This document shows, one piece after another, positions 38,829 to 50,328 of a DNA stretch of 64,000 nt. Below the pieces are notes generated by a model, which saw only the letters and a program-made list of their open reading frames with translations, made no database searches and had not been told where the DNA came from. A program made the position numbers and the translations under genes. The first letter of the stretch is position 1, and each line of letters begins with the position of its first letter. The DNA lies in NCBI GenBank assembly GCA_032128415.1, contig JAQBGW010000165.1, positions 1,481 to 65,480 on the forward strand. The letters are read 5' to 3'. Source of the DNA: Betaproteobacteria bacterium (lineage in GTDB: Bacteria > Pseudomonadota > Gammaproteobacteria > Burkholderiales > SG8-41).

Positions 38829-39989
38829 TCAGTCGGCCTGCTTGCGCAGAAATGCCGGGATATCGAGCATTTCGACACCGGACTGCCGCATCGCCTCAAC
38901 GGTAGCATCGCGGTTACGCCTGCGGATCACCGCGGGCTGTTCCAGCGCCCCGTAATCGACCTCCATCACCATATTGTCGGTTCCGGTTTTCTGCGCCACC
39001 ATGACCAGCGGCTTCACTGCCTGACGCACCATCGGTTTGCCCAAACCTGTCGCGACAATCGTCACCCGCAGTCCGTCTTCCAGGCTTTCATCGTAAACCG
39101 TCCCGACGATGACCGTGGCCGACTCGGACGCAAAGGCCTTGATGGTTTCCATGACGTCGTACATTTCCTGCAACTGGAAAGTAGCCTTGCTTGCCGAGAT
39201 GTTGACCAGCACACCGCGCGCATCGGAAATGTTGATGTCCTCGAGCAGCGGGCAGGCTACAGCCTGTTCCGCAGCCTCGCGGGCGCGCCCGGCACCCGAT
39301 GCCTTCGCCGAGCCCATCATCGCCATTCCCATCTCCGCCATGACGGTACGCACGTCGGCAAAATCGACGTTGATCATGCCGGGGCAGCTGATGATTTCAG
39401 CAATCCCGGCGACTGCTCCGTGCAACACGTCGTTGGCGGCCCGAAACGCTTCGTCGAGAGTGATCGCGTTGCCAAGCACCTGCATCAGTTTGTCGTTCGG
39501 AATGACAATCAGCGAATCGACATGCTGCGCCAGCGCTTCGAGTCCTTCTTGTGCGATTCGCTGGCGTTTACCCTCGAAAGCAAACGGCTTGGTCACCACT
39601 GCCACCGTCAAAATACCGAGTTCCTGGGCAATTTCGGCCACGACCGGAGCAGCGCCGGTCCCGGTGCCGCCACCCATGCCTGCGGTCAGGAACAGCATGT
39701 CGGCACCGCCGATCATCTCCGCAATGCGATCGCGATCCTCCAGCGCGGCCTTGCGGCCGATCTCAGGATTGGCACCAGCACCAAGTCCCTTGGTAATCTC
39801 GCCGCCCAACTGCAACTGGGATTTGGCCTGATTGCGCTTGAGCGCCTGGGCGTCCGTATTGGCGCAGATGAACTCCACGCCCTGCACGCCTTGCACGATC
39901 ATATGGTCCACTGCATTACCACCGCAACCGCCGACCCCGATCACTTTAATTACCGCTTCCTGCGCCTGTGCATCAATCAGTTCAATCAT
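38829..39989 (-). CDS. ftsZ: Cell division protein FtsZ
   Basis: GGGTGTG, INVDFADV, C-terminal DIPAFLRKQAD. Confidence 0.99.
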   Translation of the reverse strand: MIELIDAQAQEAVIKVIGVGGCGGNAVDHMIVQGVQGVEFICANTDAQALKRNQAKSQLQLGGEITKGLGAGANPEIGRKAALEDRDRIAEMIGGADMLFLTAGMGGGTGTGAAPVVAEIAQELGILTVAVVTKPFAFEGKRQRIAQEGLEALAQHVDSLIVIPNDKLMQVLGNAITLDEAFRAANDVLHGAVAGIAEIISCPGMINVDFADVRTVMAEMGMAMMGSAKASGAGRAREAAEQAVACPLLEDINISDARGVLVNISASKATFQLQEMYDVMETIKAFASESATVIVGTVYDESLEDGLRVTIVATGLGKPMVRQAVKPLVMVAQKTGTDNMVMEVDYGALEQPAVIRRRNRDATVEAMRQSGVEMLDIPAFLRKQAD

Positions 39990-40082
39990 GTGAATCTCCT
40001 TTTCCCCAAACGAAGTGATGTTGAAAAAATCCTGCAACCACAAAATCCTTGAATCTCTCGACCCGTACGCGTGCCGTCTTCA

Positions 40083-41321
40083 TCAGAAATTCCCTGTAAA
40101 CCAGTTTTTCATCCGCTCCAGAACCTGCTGAATGCTGCCGACATGTGCGCGCGCCGCTTCGCGCTGATGATGCTCATTGGCTCCGGCAATCAGCAGCCCC
40201 ACACCGGTTGCATAGCGCGTGCTGCGCACGACCTCGGCAAGTCCGCCGGTGTAATGCGGCAGGCCGATGCGCACCGGCATGTGAAAAATTTCCTCGCCCA
40301 GCTCGACCATGCCCTGCATAGCGCTCGAACCGCCGGTTAGCACTACCCCCGACGAGAGCAATTCCTCGTAACCGCTGCGGCGCAGCTCGGATTGCACCAG
40401 CGAATAGAGTTCCTCGACGCGCGGCTCAATGACCTCGGCCAGCGTCTTGCGCGACAACTGTCGCGAGCTGCGGTCGCCCACTCCCGGCACATCAACCATT
40501 TCCTGCGGATCGGCGAGTTGCGACAGCGCGCTGCCGAAGCGTTGCTTGATGTCCTCAGCGTCCTTGGTCGGCGTGCGCAGCGCCATCGCAATGTCGTTGG
40601 TAATCTGGTCGCCGGCAATCGGGATCACCGCCGTGTGGCGGATCGCGCCATGAGTGAATACCGCAATGTCGGTAGTGCCCCCACCGATATCGACGAGACA
40701 CACACCCAGATCCTTTTCATCCTCGGACAGCACGGCCACCGAAGATGCCAGCGGCTGCAAAATCAGGTCATTGACCTCAAGGCCGCAGCGGCGCACGCAT
40801 TTGACAATGTTCTGTGCCGCCGACACTGCTCCGGTCACCATGTGCACCTTGACCTCGAGCCGCACCCCGGACATGCCCAAAGGCTCGCGCACGTCCTCTT
40901 GCCCGTCGATAATGAATTCCTGGTTAAGTACATGCAGAATCTGCTGGTCGTTGGGAATCTGCACCGCTTTGGCAGTCTCGATCACGCGATCGATATCCAT
41001 CTGCGTGACTTCCTTGTCCTTGATCGCGACCATGCCCTGCGAGTTGAAGCTCCTGATGTGATTGCCGGCGATTCCGGTGTATACCTCCCTGATCTTGCAG
41101 TCGGCCATCAGCTCAGCCTCTTCCAGCGCCCGCTGTATCGCATTCACCGTGGTCTCGATGTTGACCACTACGCCCTTCTTCAGACCGCGCGACGGATGGC
41201 TGCCCATGCCGATAATCTCGAAGCCGCCTTCCGGCTTGAGTTCAGCGACAATGGCGACGATCTTCGATGTGCCGATGTCGAGGCCCACCACCAGTTTTTT
41301 ATTTTCTCTCGTCTTGCTCAT
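40083..41321 (-). CDS. ftsA: Cell division protein FtsA
   Basis: GLDIGTSK, DIGGGTTD, VLTGG. Confidence 0.99.
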   Translation of the reverse strand: MSKTRENKKLVVGLDIGTSKIVAIVAELKPEGGFEIIGMGSHPSRGLKKGVVVNIETTVNAIQRALEEAELMADCKIREVYTGIAGNHIRSFNSQGMVAIKDKEVTQMDIDRVIETAKAVQIPNDQQILHVLNQEFIIDGQEDVREPLGMSGVRLEVKVHMVTGAVSAAQNIVKCVRRCGLEVNDLILQPLASSVAVLSEDEKDLGVCLVDIGGGTTDIAVFTHGAIRHTAVIPIAGDQITNDIAMALRTPTKDAEDIKQRFGSALSQLADPQEMVDVPGVGDRSSRQLSRKTLAEVIEPRVEELYSLVQSELRRSGYEELLSSGVVLTGGSSAMQGMVELGEEIFHMPVRIGLPHYTGGLAEVVRSTRYATGVGLLIAGANEHHQREAARAHVGSIQQVLERMKNWFTGNF

Positions 41322-41336
41322 GATCCCCGTCATTTC

Positions 41337-42074
41337 CTAAACGCCGCGCTTGCGGCGATTCTCGGTATCCGCGGGTTGCAACCCAGGTATCCGCGCGGCA
41401 AATCCGTTGGCGTAACGCAAATCGACGCGATCCACAGTGCGCGGTACGCGCGCAATGGTCTGTGCATAGGTCGCCACAAAGCGCCGCAAACGCTCTTCGA
41501 CATGCTCACGCCCAAGAACCAGCGTCATGCCGTCATCGAGTCGGATCTGCCAGGCGCGACGCGGCGATACATTGACCTCGCCCGGTGTCCTGCTGATCGT
41601 CACCAGATTCCGGTGAAAGTGGTGATACTGAATCGCCATTTCCTTGGCTGCCCCCGCAGGACCGTTGAACACGGGCAAGGCGCCTTCGTACGCCGCCTCG
41701 AAAACTTCGCCATGCTTGTTGACCAGAGCCGTCTTGCCCCAGCGCGCGAGCGGCACGTGCTCGATCAACGCAATCTCGATCCGGCTCGGCCAATGCCGGC
41801 GCACCTCGGCATGCCGTACCCACGGCAGGGTTTCGAATGCCGCGCGCGCAGCATCAAGTTTCAGCATGAAGAATGTGCCGCGGACTTCGCGCCGCACTAT
41901 GTCCTCCACTTGTTGCCGGGTGACATGCGTGAGCGGTGTCATCACGCGCACATTGCTCACCGGAAACGCCGGCAAACGCACCACCCAGGCCACGCCCGCG
42001 CCGAGTGCACCGACCAACGCCAGCACAAACAGCGCGTCGGCCATCAGGTTGAGTGCGCCGGGCCTATCCCACAT
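41337..42074 (-). CDS. ftsQ: Cell division protein FtsQ
   Basis: TM, POTRA ([14 protein letters not shown]), [10 protein letters not shown]. Confidence 0.95.
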   Translation of the reverse strand: MWDRPGALNLMADALFVLALVGALGAGVAWVVRLPAFPVSNVRVMTPLTHVTRQQVEDIVRREVRGTFFMLKLDAARAAFETLPWVRHAEVRRHWPSRIEIALIEHVPLARWGKTALVNKHGEVFEAAYEGALPVFNGPAGAAKEMAIQYHHFHRNLVTISRTPGEVNVSPRRAWQIRLDDGMTLVLGREHVEERLRRFVATYAQTIARVPRTVDRVDLRYANGFAARIPGLQPADTENRRKRGV

Positions 42075-42975
42075 GAGCCAGCTCCAAAATGCGCGTGGCC
42101 AGCGCAGCAAAGGACAGCCCGGCCTGCTTCGCCGCCATCGGCACCAGGCTGTGTCCGGTCATACCGGGTGAAGTATTCATTTCCAGGAACTGCACACTGC
42201 CGTCCGCGCGGCGGATCAAATCAGCGCGCCCCCACCCCGCGCAATCGAGCGCGCGAGCACTCTGCATGACCAGATCGCCGATGCGGCGTTCTTCAACTTC
42301 CGGCAGTCCGCAGGGGCAGTGGTATTGGGTGTCGTCGCTGAAATACTTGTTCTGATAATCGTAGTTGCCCTGCGGCGCCTCAATACGGATCATCGGCAGC
42401 ACCTGCTCGCCGAGGAAACCGACCGTGAGTTCGTCGCCGGCAGCAAACTCTTCCGCCATCACTTGTGCGTCATGGTGCGCCGCCAGCGCGTACGCCTGAG
42501 GCAAATCGGCGGCCCGCGCCACTTTGGTCAGGCCGATGGTCGAGCCCTCACGCACCGGCTTGACGATCATCGGCAGCCCGAGACGCGCCGCCACGCCCGA
42601 CCAGTCGCTCCGCGCGTCGATAACCTCAAATTTAGGTGTCGGAATGCCGACGGTCGCCCAGATCATTTTGGTGCGTACCTTGTCCATCGCCAGTGCCGAG
42701 CCCAGCACACCGCTACCGGTGTACGGGATGCCCATCAGCTCCAGCGCGCCCTGCACGGTGCCATCCTCGCCATAGCGTCCATGCAAAGCGATGAACACAC
42801 GCGCGTATCCCTCGCGCTTCAGATCGAAAATCTCGCGTTCCGCCGGGTCAAAGGCATGAGCATCGCAACCGACGGCACACAGCGCTTCCAGCACATTTTT
42901 CCCACTCATCAGCGAGATATCCCGCTCGGCGCTGCGGCCGCCCATGAGCACTGCGACTTTTCCAAACCCGCTCAT
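42064..42975 (-). CDS. ddl: D-alanine--D-alanine ligase
   Basis: [31 protein letters not shown]. Confidence 0.98.
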   Translation of the reverse strand: MSGFGKVAVLMGGRSAERDISLMSGKNVLEALCAVGCDAHAFDPAEREIFDLKREGYARVFIALHGRYGEDGTVQGALELMGIPYTGSGVLGSALAMDKVRTKMIWATVGIPTPKFEVIDARSDWSGVAARLGLPMIVKPVREGSTIGLTKVARAADLPQAYALAAHHDAQVMAEEFAAGDELTVGFLGEQVLPMIRIEAPQGNYDYQNKYFSDDTQYHCPCGLPEVEERRIGDLVMQSARALDCAGWGRADLIRRADGSVQFLEMNTSPGMTGHSLVPMAAKQAGLSFAALATRILELAHVG

Positions 42976-43922
42976 GCGCGCACTCCAATGATGCGCACTT
43001 CGCGTTCAAGCTGGACACCGTAGCGTTGCAACACGGTTTGCTGCGCCAGTTCGATCAACGCCTCGATATCCGCCGCCCGCGCAGCACCCCGGTTGACGAT
43101 GAAATTCGCGTGCTTGCCGGAAATGATTGCGTCACCGATGGCATGTCCTTTCAGACCGCAGGCCTCGATCAGACGCGCGGCATGATCGCCCGGCGGATTG
43201 CGGAACACCGAGCCGGCGTTGGGCTCACCCAGCGGCTGCGCAGCAATACGCCGCGCCAGCAGCGCCTTGATACTGTTCCGTGCCATGGCGCTGTTGCCGG
43301 CCGGCAGACGCAGCGTCGCTGCGACAAACCATTCATCGCTGCTTAGCACATCCGCCACCGCATGGCTGCAGCGCTCCACGCTGCGATAACCAATGGCGTA
43401 ATCCTGCGGCGTGCGTACATGTATGTTGCCGGCGCGATCGATGGTTTCAACCCGAGTCACAGCATTCCAGGTCTCGCCGCCGTAACAACCGGCATTCATG
43501 GCCAGGGCGCCACCGAGCGTGCCGGGAATGCCGGAGAAAAATTCCGCCTCACCCAGTGAGTGCAATGCGGCAAAGCGCGCAATCTTCGGACTGGCTACCC
43601 CGGCCTGCGCCCACAGTTCGCCGCCCATCGCGTCCTGACGCAGCAGCCGCAGCCCGCGCAACGCCCAATGGGTGAAAATCACCGTCGCATCAAGCCCGCC
43701 GTCGCGCACCAGCAGATTACTGCCCAGTCCGACCATCAGTACGGGTTCACGCTCCGGCAAACCGCGCAGGAACAGCGCCAGATCTCTCAGATCCGCCGGT
43801 GCATACGTGCATCGCGCACGGCCGCCGGCGCGCCAACTGACATGCCGCGCCATGGATTCGTCCCTGCGCATTTCGCCGCGCAGCCCGGAATGCAATATCT
43901 GCGTGTGTTCGCTCATGTTCAT
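42972..43922 (-). CDS. murB: UDP-N-acetylenolpyruvoylglucosamine reductase
   Basis: [40 protein letters not shown]. Confidence 0.97.
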   Translation of the reverse strand: MNMSEHTQILHSGLRGEMRRDESMARHVSWRAGGRARCTYAPADLRDLALFLRGLPEREPVLMVGLGSNLLVRDGGLDATVIFTHWALRGLRLLRQDAMGGELWAQAGVASPKIARFAALHSLGEAEFFSGIPGTLGGALAMNAGCYGGETWNAVTRVETIDRAGNIHVRTPQDYAIGYRSVERCSHAVADVLSSDEWFVAATLRLPAGNSAMARNSIKALLARRIAAQPLGEPNAGSVFRNPPGDHAARLIEACGLKGHAIGDAIISGKHANFIVNRGAARAADIEALIELAQQTVLQRYGVQLEREVRIIGVRA

Positions 43923-43949
43923 GTCTGCGCTAGGCGCCGGCGTGGCATC

Positions 43950-45353
43950 TCAATGGGCATGCGCCTCCTTTGCCAATCGGCTTGCAACAGTCCCGATCGA
44001 CCCGGCGCCCATGGCCAGCACGACATCACCATCGCGCGCCGCAGCGTGGATCGCTGCCGGCAAATCGGCGACCTGCTCCACAAAAACCGGCTCGAACTTA
44101 CCCAATACGCGCACGGCGCGCGCCAGCGAGCGTCCATCTGCGGCGATGATCGGCGCCTCTCCTGCGGCGTACACCTCGGTCAGCAGTAACCCGTCCACGT
44201 CGGTCAATACCCGGACAAAATCCTCGAAACAATCGCGGGTGCGGGTATAACGGTGCGGCTGGAAAACAAGCAGCAAACGCCTCCCGGGAAACGCCCCGCG
44301 CGCCGCGGCGATCGTTGCCGCCATCTCGACCGGGTGGTGGCCGTAGTCGTCGATCAGTTCAATAATTCCGCCGCCGGCGAGTTTGATGGCGCCGTAGCGC
44401 TGGAAACGGCGGCCCACACCCTTGAAATCAGCCAGCGCCTTGACGATTTTCCCGTCGGGCACACCGACTTCCATGCCGACGGCAACCGCCGCCAGCGCGT
44501 TTTGCACGTTATGCACGCCGGGAAGGTTCAGCGTGATATCCAGATCAGGCAGCCGCTTGCCATTGCTGCGCACGACCCGGAAGTGCATCCTGCCGGCATC
44601 GGCGACGACGGCGTGCGCCCGTATTTGCGCGCCCTCCGCAACGCCATAAGTGACCACGGTTTTAGTCAGTCGCGGCATGATCGAGCGCACATTGACGTCA
44701 TCACTGCAGAGCACCGCCACACCGTAGAACGGCAATCGCTCCACAAAATCGACAAAAGCCTGCTTGAGCTTGTCGAGCGAGTGATCGTAGGTTTCCATAT
44801 GGTCCGCGTCGATATTGGTCACCACGGACAACACTGGCTGCAGATGCAGAAATGATGCGTCGGATTCATCAGCCTCAGCGACAATGAATTCACCGGCACC
44901 GAGCCGGGCGTGTGCGCCGGCGCTTTCCAGACGGCCGCCAATCACGAATGTCGGATCCAGCCCGCCTTCCGCAAGCACGCTGGCGGCAAGGCTGGTTGTC
45001 GTAGTCTTGCCGTGCGTACCCGCAACTGCGATGCCTTTTTTCAGGCGCATCAGTTCGGCAAGCATCAGCGCGCGGGGAACCACCGGCACATGACGGGCAC
45101 GTGCCGCGAACACCTCCGGGTTGTCGGCTTTGACGGCACTGGATATCACCACAACATCTGCACTGGCGACATGCTCCGCGGAATGACCGATGTGGACTTG
45201 CGCACCGAGACCGGTGAGACGGCGCGTCGCATTGCTTTCGCTCAGATCCGATCCGCTGACGACATAATCGAGATTCAGCAGCACTTCGGCGATACCGCTC
45301 ATGCCGGCGCCGCCGATGCCCACGAAATGCACATGTCGAACCTTGTGTCTCAT
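43950..45353 (-). CDS. murC: UDP-N-acetylmuramate--L-alanine ligase
   Basis: [30 protein letters not shown]. Confidence 0.98.
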   Translation of the reverse strand: MRHKVRHVHFVGIGGAGMSGIAEVLLNLDYVVSGSDLSESNATRRLTGLGAQVHIGHSAEHVASADVVVISSAVKADNPEVFAARARHVPVVPRALMLAELMRLKKGIAVAGTHGKTTTTSLAASVLAEGGLDPTFVIGGRLESAGAHARLGAGEFIVAEADESDASFLHLQPVLSVVTNIDADHMETYDHSLDKLKQAFVDFVERLPFYGVAVLCSDDVNVRSIMPRLTKTVVTYGVAEGAQIRAHAVVADAGRMHFRVVRSNGKRLPDLDITLNLPGVHNVQNALAAVAVGMEVGVPDGKIVKALADFKGVGRRFQRYGAIKLAGGGIIELIDDYGHHPVEMAATIAAARGAFPGRRLLLVFQPHRYTRTRDCFEDFVRVLTDVDGLLLTEVYAAGEAPIIAADGRSLARAVRVLGKFEPVFVEQVADLPAAIHAAARDGDVVLAMGAGSIGTVASRLAKEAHAH

Positions 45354-46423
45354 GCCGGCGCAAGCTCCATGCACAGGTCCGCGACTTTCTGCGCGGCATC
45401 AGGTTTACCGACTGCGCGTGCTGCCCGCGCCATCTCCAGCAGCCGGGCTCGCGTCAATCCGCGCAGCGCCGCGGACAGTGACTGCGGCGTCAGTTCATGC
45501 TGCGGCATCAGCAATGCCGCACCGCGATCAGCGAGGTATCCGGCATTGCGCGTCTGATGATCATCGACCGCGTGCGGAAACGGCACGAGGATGCTGCCGA
45601 CGCCCGCAACGGCCAGCTCGGTGACGGTCGTCGCACCGGCGCGGCAAATGACCAGGTCGGTTTCACCATAACGCGACGCCATGTCGTCGATAAACGCCAG
45701 GATTTCCGCATCGACTCCTGCTGCGCGATACGCGGCACGCAACGCCTCCGCATGTGCAGCCCCCCCCTGATGCGTCACCCGCGGGCGCTCTGCCGCGGAC
45801 AACAACCCCAGCGCCTGTGGAACAAGTTCATTGAGCGCTTTTGCACCCAGACTGCCGCCGACCACCAGTACACGCAACGGGCCGCTGCGGTTGCCGAAAC
45901 GCGCTTCCGGCGGCGGAAGATTCACAATATCGGCGCGCACCGGATTACCGGACCACACCACGTCAACCCGCCCGCTGAAAGCGTCGGGAAATGCCGCCAG
46001 CACGCGATCCGCAACACCCGCCAGCACGCGGTTGGCCAAACCGGGAATTGCATTCTGCTCATGGATAACCAGCGGCTTTCCGAGCAAGGCCGCCATCATG
46101 CCGCCGGGGAATGCGGCATAACCGCCCATGCCCAGCACCACATCCGGTCGATGGCGGAAAATCGCCTGCGCGCTTTGCCAGAACGCGATCAACAGCGTCA
46201 CCGGCAGAAATATTTGGCGCAACAAACCCTTACCGCGGACACCGCTGAAACGGATCCACACAGTCTGATAACCGCGGGACGGCACCAGCCTCTCCTCCAT
46301 GCCGCCGCGGGCGCCGAGCCAAACCACTTTCCAGCCACGTTCGCGCACCACATCCGCAACCGCCAGTGCGGGAAAAATATGTCCCCCGGTCCCGCCCGCC
46401 ATGATCAGCAAGGTGCGGTTCAT
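45350..46423 (-). CDS. murG: Lipid II GlcNAc transferase MurG
   Basis: GGTGGH, HEQN, GNPVR, GGSLGA, RAGATT, DHQ. Confidence 0.98.
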   Translation of the reverse strand: MNRTLLIMAGGTGGHIFPALAVADVVRERGWKVVWLGARGGMEERLVPSRGYQTVWIRFSGVRGKGLLRQIFLPVTLLIAFWQSAQAIFRHRPDVVLGMGGYAAFPGGMMAALLGKPLVIHEQNAIPGLANRVLAGVADRVLAAFPDAFSGRVDVVWSGNPVRADIVNLPPPEARFGNRSGPLRVLVVGGSLGAKALNELVPQALGLLSAAERPRVTHQGGAAHAEALRAAYRAAGVDAEILAFIDDMASRYGETDLVICRAGATTVTELAVAGVGSILVPFPHAVDDHQTRNAGYLADRGAALLMPQHELTPQSLSAALRGLTRARLLEMARAARAVGKPDAAQKVADLCMELAPA

Positions 46424-47586
46424 ACCGTAAACCCCCGCGCCAACTGTCGATTCTCCCAGTCCACACGCAGCAACACAGCCAGCGCGCAGCAGGTGGCGAG
46501 AATTGCGCTGCCGCCGAAGGACAGCAGCGGCAGTGTCAGACCCTTGGTCGGCAACACGCCCATGTTGACGCCCATGTTGACGATCGCCTGCACACCGATC
46601 CACAGACCGATGCCTTGCGCTACGAGCGCAGCAAACGGTCGCTCCCTATCGGCGGCGCGGCGGCCAATGACGAAGGCGCGCCATACCATCCACCCAAACA
46701 ACAGTACCAGCGTCAGGACTCCGACAAAGCCGAGTTCTTCGGCAATCACCGCCAGCAGAAAATCGGTATGCGCCTCGGGCAGATAAAAGAGCTTCTCCAC
46801 GCTGGCGCCCAGACCCACGCCCAGCCATTCGCCGCGACCGAAGGCGATCAGCGCGTGGGAGAGCTGGTAACCCTTGCCGTACGGATCTGCCCACGGATCC
46901 ATAAAGCCGATCACGCGTTGCATGCGGTAAGGACTGGTCCAGATCAGCAGCAGAAAGCCGAACACCAACATGACGATCAAACCCGCAAACAGGCGCCAGT
47001 TCATGCCGCCGAGAAACAGGATGCCCATGGCAATCACTGTGATGACGGCGAGCGCGCCGAAATCCGGCTCGCGCAACAGCAAGCCTCCGGTCAGCAACAT
47101 CACGCCGAACATCGGCAAAAACCCTTTGCGCAGACTGTGCAGGAAGGCTGCCTTGCGCACCGTGTAATCGGCAGCGTAGATCACTACAAACAGCTTCATC
47201 AGTTCGGACGGCTGCACATTGATCACGAACAGCGACAACCAGCGCCGGCTGCCGTTGACCTCGCGCCCGATACCCGGCACCAGCACCAGCACCAGCAATA
47301 TCAGTCCGCTGATAAACAAGAACGGTGCGGTGCGCTGCCACAGACGCAGCGGAATCTGGAACACCATCGTGCCGGCCATGAGACTGATCAACACAAACGA
47401 TAGGTGTCGCGTCAGGTAATGGGTCGCGTTGTTGCCGGTGATGCGGCTCGCCTCGGCAATCGCGATGGATGACGAATACACCATGACCACGCCAATGGCG
47501 AGCAGCAGCAGCGTGACCCAGATCAGCGCGCGGTCGTACTCCGGCAACGCGGCTCGGGATCCGGCCGTAGCGAAATAGGCGCTCAT
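46420..47586 (-). CDS. ftsW: Peptidoglycan glycosyltransferase FtsW
   Basis: [30 protein letters not shown]. Confidence 0.98.
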   Translation of the reverse strand: MSAYFATAGSRAALPEYDRALIWVTLLLLAIGVVMVYSSSIAIAEASRITGNNATHYLTRHLSFVLISLMAGTMVFQIPLRLWQRTAPFLFISGLILLVLVLVPGIGREVNGSRRWLSLFVINVQPSELMKLFVVIYAADYTVRKAAFLHSLRKGFLPMFGVMLLTGGLLLREPDFGALAVITVIAMGILFLGGMNWRLFAGLIVMLVFGFLLLIWTSPYRMQRVIGFMDPWADPYGKGYQLSHALIAFGRGEWLGVGLGASVEKLFYLPEAHTDFLLAVIAEELGFVGVLTLVLLFGWMVWRAFVIGRRAADRERPFAALVAQGIGLWIGVQAIVNMGVNMGVLPTKGLTLPLLSFGGSAILATCCALAVLLRVDWENRQLARGFTV

Positions 47587-48962
47587 GACTGCCGCTCCGC
47601 GATCACCGTCACCGCTGCGGCGAATACTTCTGCACGATGCACATAGTTGCGGTACATGTCGTAACTGGCACAGGCCGGCGACAACACCACAGCGTCGCCG
47701 GGCCGCGCCGCAGCCAGCGCCAAGGCCACGGCTTCCGTCATGTCTCCTGCACGCAATACGGGAGCAGCGGCGCCGATGGCGGCGGCGATGCGTGCAGCAT
47801 CGCGACCGATCAGCACCACGGCGCGCGCTTTACCACGCGCAGCCGCTGCCAGCGGCGCAAAATCCTGGCCTTTGCCGTCGCCACCCGCGATCAGCACCAC
47901 CGTCTGCGACATGCCGCGCAGCGCGGCGACCGTGGCCCCGACATTGGTGCCTTTGGAATCGTCGTAAAACTCTATCTTATTGATTTCATTAATCTTTTTA
48001 ACCCGATGTGGCAGTCCGCTGAACTGCGCCCAGCCGGCAACAATGGCGTCATCTGCAATACCCGCGGCCCGGCACAACGCGCCTGCCGCAAGCGCATTCG
48101 CCGCGTTGTGCATGCCGCTGACGCGCAACCGGTCTATGCCGGCCAGCACGGTCGCCCCGCGCGCCAGGTGCGACACTGTCTTAGATGCGATTACACCCCA
48201 ATCATCGGCTGCCCGCGGTTGATCAAGGCCGAAGCTCACCACCCGGCGCTGCTGCCGCGCCATGCCGGCGCTCCACACATCCTGGCGATTGATGACCTGT
48301 ACGCCGCTGCCGGCAAAGATGCGCGCCTTGGCCTGCGCGTACTCGCGCAGCCCGTCATAGCGATCGAGATGATCCTCTGAAATATTGAGCACCGTCGCTG
48401 CTGTGGCATCCAGCGTGTCTATGCTTTCCAGTTGAAAACTCGACAGCTCCAGTACGAATATGCCCGGCATCGCTGTGCCTGCTTCAATATCGGCCAGCGC
48501 GTCGAGTACCGGCAGTCCTATATTCCCGGCTACAACCGGCTGCAGTTTTGCCGCAGCGCAGATTTCACCGACCATGGCCGTCACGGTGCTCTTGCCGTTG
48601 GAGCCGGTAATGGCGAGGATCGGCGGTGCATCGCCGCGCGCACGCAACGCCTGCGCGAACAATTCAACATCGCCCACCACCGGTACACCGCGTCGCGCAG
48701 CTGCGGCAATGGTGCCGCCGCGACGATCAACGCCCGGGCTGACCGCGATCACATCCGCAGTTGCCACCTGCGCGTCCGGGGTTATTCCCAACGTCAGCGG
48801 CATGTCCGGAAAATCGCGCCGCAGGGTTTCACCGTGTGGTGGCGCGGCGCGGGTATCGGTGACGCGCACTACCGCGCCGCGCCGGTGCGCCCACCGCGCC
48901 ATCGACAGTCCGGAATCGCCGAGGCCAACAACCAGCACCTTTGCGCCTTTAAGGATCAGCAT
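47583..48962 (-). CDS. murD: UDP-N-acetylmuramoyl-L-alanine--D-glutamate ligase
   Basis: [36 protein letters not shown]; start set at MLILKG. Confidence 0.97.
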   Translation of the reverse strand: MLILKGAKVLVVGLGDSGLSMARWAHRRGAVVRVTDTRAAPPHGETLRRDFPDMPLTLGITPDAQVATADVIAVSPGVDRRGGTIAAAARRGVPVVGDVELFAQALRARGDAPPILAITGSNGKSTVTAMVGEICAAAKLQPVVAGNIGLPVLDALADIEAGTAMPGIFVLELSSFQLESIDTLDATAATVLNISEDHLDRYDGLREYAQAKARIFAGSGVQVINRQDVWSAGMARQQRRVVSFGLDQPRAADDWGVIASKTVSHLARGATVLAGIDRLRVSGMHNAANALAAGALCRAAGIADDAIVAGWAQFSGLPHRVKKINEINKIEFYDDSKGTNVGATVAALRGMSQTVVLIAGGDGKGQDFAPLAAAARGKARAVVLIGRDAARIAAAIGAAAPVLRAGDMTEAVALALAAARPGDAVVLSPACASYDMYRNYVHRAEVFAAAVTVIAERQS

Positions 48963-49065
48963 CAGCAGTGGCTCCCGTACACCACTACGACCGCAGTCAC
49001 GGACTCGGCGCAGATGGCCATGCCGGTGTGCAATGGGTTCGTGTCTGTAGAGGTCACTGCGCATC

Positions 49066-49239
49066 TCATCGCAGCTTCAGCGTGGACAAACCCACGAGCA
49101 CCAGCATCATCGTGATAATCCAGAAGCACACTGGGCGGTTTTGGCTCCGGCCGCCATGTCGCGCAGGCGCAACATGACTTAACCTGCCAAGCAGGTCAGC
49201 CTTCGCCGAAACCACCTCGTCGTTCGCTATTCTGGTCAT
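49066..49239 (-). CDS. Possible 57-aa ORF ending in the MraY C-terminal helix
   Basis: ATG directly after the mraY TAG, open in frame into the second copy; below the 60-aa cutoff of the track. Expression unknown. Confidence 0.3.
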   Translation of the reverse strand: MTRIANDEVVSAKADLLGRLSHVAPARHGGRSQNRPVCFWIITMMLVLVGLSTLKLR

Positions 49240-49301
49240 CTATCTCAGCTTCAATGTCGAAAGCCCCACGAGCACCAGCATCATCGTGATAATCCAGAAG
49301 C
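49066..49301 (-). repeat. Direct duplication of the last 62 bp of mraY (49066-49127 and 49240-49301) flanking a 112-bp insert
   Basis: 37 bp are identical (49091-49127 = 49265-49301); the remaining 25 bp differ only synonymously. Both copies encode [23 protein letters not shown]. Confidence 0.93.
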
Positions 49302-50325
49302 GAACGACGACCTGGTTTTCTTTCCAGCCTTTCAGTTCGTAGTGATGGTGCAGCGGCGCCATTCGGAATATCCGTTTCCCGGTCAACTTGAACGAGGCTA
49401 CCTGCAGCATCACCGAAAGCGTTTCCACTACGAATACGCCACCCATGATGAACAGCACGATCTCCTGCCGCACGATGACGGCGATGGTACCCAGCGCCGC
49501 GCCCAGGGCGAGCGCACCGACATCACCCATGAATACTTCCGCGGGATAGGCGTTGAACCACAGGAAAGCAAGACCGGCGCCCGCGATGGCGCCACAAATC
49601 ACCGTGAGCTCGCCGGCTCCGGGGATATATGGAAACACCAGATACCGGGCAAACACCGCATTGCCTGCCACATAGGCAAATACGCCCAACGCACTGCCCA
49701 CCATGACCGTCGGCATGATGGCGAGGCCATCCAGACCATCCGTCAGATTCACCGCATTGCTGGTGCCGACGATGACGAAATAGGTCATGACGATAAAACC
49801 GACAGCGCCCAGCGGATAAGTCACCTGCTTGAAAAACGGCACGATGAATGTGGTCTGCGCCGGCAGGTTCGTCGAATACGCAATAAAAATGGCCGCAGCC
49901 AGACCAACCACCGATTGCCAGAAAAATTTGGTTTTTGCCGACAACCCCTTCGGATTTCGGCGCACTACCTTGCGGTAATCGTCAACCCAGCCTATTGCAC
50001 CGAATCCGGCAGTCACGCACAGCACCACCCAGACAAAGCGGTTTTGAAGATCAGCCCACAGCAACGTCGTGACGAGGATCGATACCAGGATCAGTGCGCC
50101 GCCCATGGTCGGCGTGCCGGCCTTCACCAGATGGCTCTGCGGACCGTCATCACGCACGGACTGGCCAATTTTGTACACGGCCAGCTTGCGAATGAGCGCC
50201 GGTCCAACGACGAAAGAAATCAGCAACGCAGTCAGACACGCCAGCACGGCGCGCAGCGTCAGATAACTAAATACATTGAAAGCGCGTATGTCCTTCGCGA
50301 GCCACTGTGCCAATTCAAGGAGCAT
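49240..50325 (-). CDS. mraY: Phospho-N-acetylmuramoyl-pentapeptide transferase
   Basis: [34 protein letters not shown]. Confidence 0.99.
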   Translation of the reverse strand: MLLELAQWLAKDIRAFNVFSYLTLRAVLACLTALLISFVVGPALIRKLAVYKIGQSVRDDGPQSHLVKAGTPTMGGALILVSILVTTLLWADLQNRFVWVVLCVTAGFGAIGWVDDYRKVVRRNPKGLSAKTKFFWQSVVGLAAAIFIAYSTNLPAQTTFIVPFFKQVTYPLGAVGFIVMTYFVIVGTSNAVNLTDGLDGLAIMPTVMVGSALGVFAYVAGNAVFARYLVFPYIPGAGELTVICGAIAGAGLAFLWFNAYPAEVFMGDVGALALGAALGTIAVIVRQEIVLFIMGGVFVVETLSVMLQVASFKLTGKRIFRMAPLHHHYELKGWKENQVVVRFWIITMMLVLVGLSTLKLR

Positions 50326-50328
50326 CGT

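Noticed and set aside
49128..49239. Intact prophage, IS or group I/II intron
   Set aside because: Only 112 bp, with no integrase, transposase or RT ORF and no recognisable intron core or termini; kept as an unexplained scar or element.
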